NCBI GenBank assembly: GCA_965223345.1
Contig: CBDCWG010000001.1
Span: forward strand, 128,001 to 192,000
Length of the DNA: 64,000 bases
Direction: 5' to 3'
Source: Nitrospinales bacterium
GTDB taxonomy: Bacteria > Nitrospinota > Nitrospinia > Nitrospinales > VA-1
Shown: piece by piece, positions 61,133 through 64,000 of the stretch
Position numbering within the stretch: the first letter of the stretch is position 1
Layout of the letters: each line of letters starts with the position of its first letter
Made by a program: the position numbers and the translations under genes
Notes under the pieces: generated by a model
Database searches by the model: none
What the model was told of the DNA's origin: nothing
The model's input: the letters and a program-made list of their open reading frames with translations, nothing else

Positions 61133-62871
61133 CACGCCTTGTTCAGGAAATAGACTTTTTCGTCTTGAGACGGAACGTTCAGGTAGCGCAACGTCTCTTT
61201 GGAAATTTCCCGGAAAACCGGAGCCGCAACCACACCGCCCCAGTAATTCTTCCTGGGTTTGTCGATCATCACCAGGACCACTATTTTGGGATCGTCCGCC
61301 GGTACAAACCCGATAAAGGAAGAGAGGAAATCCGTTTTGGAATAAGACTGCGTGGACGCATCGAATTTTTGCGCGGTGCCGGTTTTGCCCGCCGCTTCGA
61401 AACCGGGAATGGCGGCGTTTTTGCCGGTGCCGTGTTTGACGGTGTGCTTCAGAATGTCCACCATCTGCTGACTGGTGGTTTCCGAAATCACGCGCCGGAT
61501 GGTTCTCGTTTTCGTAGATTCCACCAATGTACCATTTTTTAGCACCGCCTTGGTAATGTGTGGCACCACCAGATTGCCGCCGTTGGCGATCGCGGCGAGT
61601 GCGGCGACGATCTGGATCGGCGTCACCGCGATTTCCTGGCCGAACGAGATCGACGCGAGCGACAGCTTGTCCCACTTGGACAAGGGCCGTAATTGTCCGG
61701 TCTGTTCGCCGGGAAGATCGACACCCAGTTTGTCGCCGAAGCCGAACTTCTTGATGTAATTGAAAAAAGTCTGGTTGCCCAGGCGTTGCGCGATCTTGAT
61801 GCTGCCGATGTTGCTGGACTTACTGATGATGTCGGTGAGACTCAACCAGCCGAATTTGTGATTCTCCGCTTCGCCGATGTGGGTTTTGCCGACGTTGAAC
61901 TTCCCGTTTTCGCAGAAGAAGATGTCGTCGCGCTTGGCCACGCCGGTTTCCAGCGCCGCCGCGGCCACGATCGGCTTGAAGATGGAGCCCGGTTCGTAAG
62001 AGCTTGAAACAACGCTGTTTTTCCAGCGGTGGGACGGGTAGGCCGCGTACTTGTTGGGATTGAACTGCGGGTAGTTGGCGAGCGCGTAGATTTCCCCCGA
62101 ATAGGGATCCATCACCACCGCCATCCCGGATTCCGCGTCGAATTTTTCCACCTGTTTTTTAAGGTGGTATTCCGCCGTGTACTGGATCACCTCATCGAGG
62201 GTCAACACCACGTCCTGGCTTTTGGGTTTCTGCGACCGGTTGGAAGAACGGATATAGCGGCCGCGCGCGTCCTTGGCCATCACCTTGCGCACCGTGCGTC
62301 CCTTGAGAACGCCGTGACGGTAGTGCTCCACACCCGAAAGTCCCTGATTGTCCAGGCCCACGAATCCCGTCACGTTGGAGGCCAGCTCCCGTTTCGGGTA
62401 AAACCGTTTCTGCTCCGCGATGAAGCCGACGCCTGGCAGGTCCAGTTGTTTCAATTTGTCCGCCTCTTTGAGGCTGCACTTGCGTTTGATCCAGACGAAG
62501 TTTTTGTGCGACAGGATTTTTCCCCGCAGCCGTTCTTTGTCGAGGTTCAGGTAGGAGGCGAGGGCGCGCACGGTCTTGCTCTTGTTCTTGATTTTTGAGG
62601 GGGTGATGTAGACCGATTCCACCTCGATGTTCATGGCCAGCTCGTTCTGGTTGCGGTCGAAAATGCTGCCGCGCCCGTAGAGGATTTTTTTCGTGCCGGC
62701 GTATTGTCTTTCCGACTTGGCGAGCAATTCCTCGTGATGCAGGATCTGCAGGCTGAACAGCCGCGCGGTGAGCCCTCCCACGAACAGGAACAGCGCCAGC
62801 GCGACCAGCACCAGCCGCGTGCGAATCGCGTTGCGGAAATTTTTGGCAGTGGGTCTGCGTTTTTGAGTCAT
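61132..62871 (-). CDS. ftsI: Class B penicillin-binding protein FtsI/PBP3
   Basis: EPGSIFK (SxxK), SSN and KTGT motifs; dcw position. Confidence 0.96.
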   Translation of the reverse strand: MTQKRRPTAKNFRNAIRTRLVLVALALFLFVGGLTARLFSLQILHHEELLAKSERQYAGTKKILYGRGSIFDRNQNELAMNIEVESVYITPSKIKNKSKTVRALASYLNLDKERLRGKILSHKNFVWIKRKCSLKEADKLKQLDLPGVGFIAEQKRFYPKRELASNVTGFVGLDNQGLSGVEHYRHGVLKGRTVRKVMAKDARGRYIRSSNRSQKPKSQDVVLTLDEVIQYTAEYHLKKQVEKFDAESGMAVVMDPYSGEIYALANYPQFNPNKYAAYPSHRWKNSVVSSSYEPGSIFKPIVAAAALETGVAKRDDIFFCENGKFNVGKTHIGEAENHKFGWLSLTDIISKSSNIGSIKIAQRLGNQTFFNYIKKFGFGDKLGVDLPGEQTGQLRPLSKWDKLSLASISFGQEIAVTPIQIVAALAAIANGGNLVVPHITKAVLKNGTLVESTKTRTIRRVISETTSQQMVDILKHTVKHGTGKNAAIPGFEAAGKTGTAQKFDASTQSYSKTDFLSSFIGFVPADDPKIVVLVMIDKPRKNYWGGVVAAPVFREISKETLRYLNVPSQDEKVYFLNKA

Positions 62872-62877
62872 GAGACG

Positions 62878-63195
62878 TCAGTTCAAAAAAACGGTGACGA
62901 TCTGACCTTCCTCGGGATTCTGAAGGTCCGTGTGCGAGCGCGCGAGCGCCTGGATGCGGTCCAGCGATTTCAGGCTTTCCCGCTCGACTTTCAACAGCCG
63001 GTTTTCGCGCAGCAGTTTGCGTTGATCCTGCGTCAGGGTCTGGTATTCGTACGCGATCTTCACCATCTTCACGTTGGGCCAGACAAACGCCATCGCGCCG
63101 ATCATGAACAAAACGCAGACCACAAGCAGCGTGCGCAGCTCCTTGGGAGAAACGTGCAGCCGCGATTTGGCGATGCGGCGTGCGCGCTCAAACAT
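62878..63195 (-). CDS. ftsL: Cell division protein FtsL
   Basis: TM helix plus coiled coil, between rsmH and ftsI. Confidence 0.85.
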   Translation of the reverse strand: MFERARRIAKSRLHVSPKELRTLLVVCVLFMIGAMAFVWPNVKMVKIAYEYQTLTQDQRKLLRENRLLKVERESLKSLDRIQALARSHTDLQNPEEGQIVTVFLN

Positions 63196-63350
63196 CGGTG
63201 GGGCCCGTCATCCGGACGCAGGGGTTCCGGGAAATGAAACCCCGATCCGCTTCGAATGGGTTGCAGGAAGTGATCATGAACGGTCCCCAAATACGTGCGT
63301 GGTTTCAGGCCAAAGCGAGACCTGATGTTTGCCGATTCCGGACAGGCCGG

Positions 63351-64000
63351 TCACACATAAACTCGTTCCGCGACGCGCATCTTGGCGCTGGAAGAGCGGG
63401 GATTGCGCTCGATCTCCGTGGCGTCCGGCACCACGGGTTTTCGGGTGACGGTTTTCAGAGTGGGTTTTCTACCGCAGACGCACACCGGAATCCGCGGAGG
63501 GCAGATGCAGCCTTTTTCTTCGTCGCGAAAAAAATTTTTTACGATGCGGTCTTCCAGAGAGTGAAAAGAGATGATCAGTATACGGGCGCCCGCATTGAGG
63601 ACTTGCAGCGAATCCTTCAAGGCGGATTTCAAATGCTCCAGCTCCTTGTTCACGACGAGGCGGAGCGATTGAAACACACGGGTCGCAGGATGGGTCTTAG
63701 AAGAGGGTTTTGCGGGAATTACTTCGGAAAGAATTTTCGATAATTGGCGGGTTGTAACAATTGGACTGACACCCTGTGCGTTTCGAATCGCTCGTACGAT
63801 CCGCTTGGATCGGCGCTCCTCGCCGTAGATCTTGAAAACGGAAGCCAGCTCGGCGTCCGAAAGGTTGACCAGAAGGTCGGCCGCGGTGACGCTGTCGCCC
63901 GGGTCCGCCCGCATATCCAATGGTCCGTCTTTTTCCGGCTGGAAGCTGAAGCCGCGCGCCGGATCCATCAGTTGCAGAGTGGAAACACCGAGATCGAGAA
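63351..64000 (-). CDS. rsmH: 16S rRNA m4C1402 methyltransferase; 5' part outside the window
   Basis: RGFSF, PLDMR, HPATRVFQ, SFHSLEDRIVK, NPRS.SAK.R. Confidence 0.97.
   Translation of the reverse strand, partial: LDLGVSTLQLMDPARGFSFQPEKDGPLDMRADPGDSVTAADLLVNLSDAELASVFKIYGEERRSKRIVRAIRNAQGVSPIVTTRQLSKILSEVIPAKPSSKTHPATRVFQSLRLVVNKELEHLKSALKDSLQVLNAGARILIISFHSLEDRIVKNFFRDEEKGCICPPRIPVCVCGRKPTLKTVTRKPVVPDATEIERNPRSSSAKMRVAERVYV

Overview
This is a GC-rich bacterial chromosome segment. A diheme-c/ethylbenzene-dehydrogenase-gamma-like cytochrome and the overall gene set suggest a Nitrospina-like organism, but that is an inference. Core loci are pyk, hsp20, yqeY-dnaG-rpoD-tRNA-Ile2(CAT), namZ-glgC, CIRCE-controlled groES-groEL, queF and a dcw cluster running from rsmH (cut by the window edge) to ftsZ. 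Accessory content includes four blocks: (1) a decayed ~5.6 kb island integrated in tRNA-Val(CAC), with integrase and excisionase remnants and an intact sxtI/J/K/L-like carbamoyltransferase-SGNH module; (2) a sigma-54/PAS-activated operon of SDR, thioredoxin, periplasmic cysteine hydrolase, DsrE and PNPOx-like genes; (3) a Cys-rich MarR with a perfect operator; (4) a DUF4402-type pilin-chaperone-usher-like locus. The most unusual non-coding signals are a ~70 bp repeat attached to the CCA ends of two different tRNAs (three copies), a tRNA-Val whose 3' half was replaced by the island with T-stem covariation and loss of the encoded CCA, and an 86 nt branched RNA-like structure behind a sigma-54-driven secreted-protein gene. 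No CRISPR array or rRNA was seen. All product calls come from motif recognition by eye; no database search was run.
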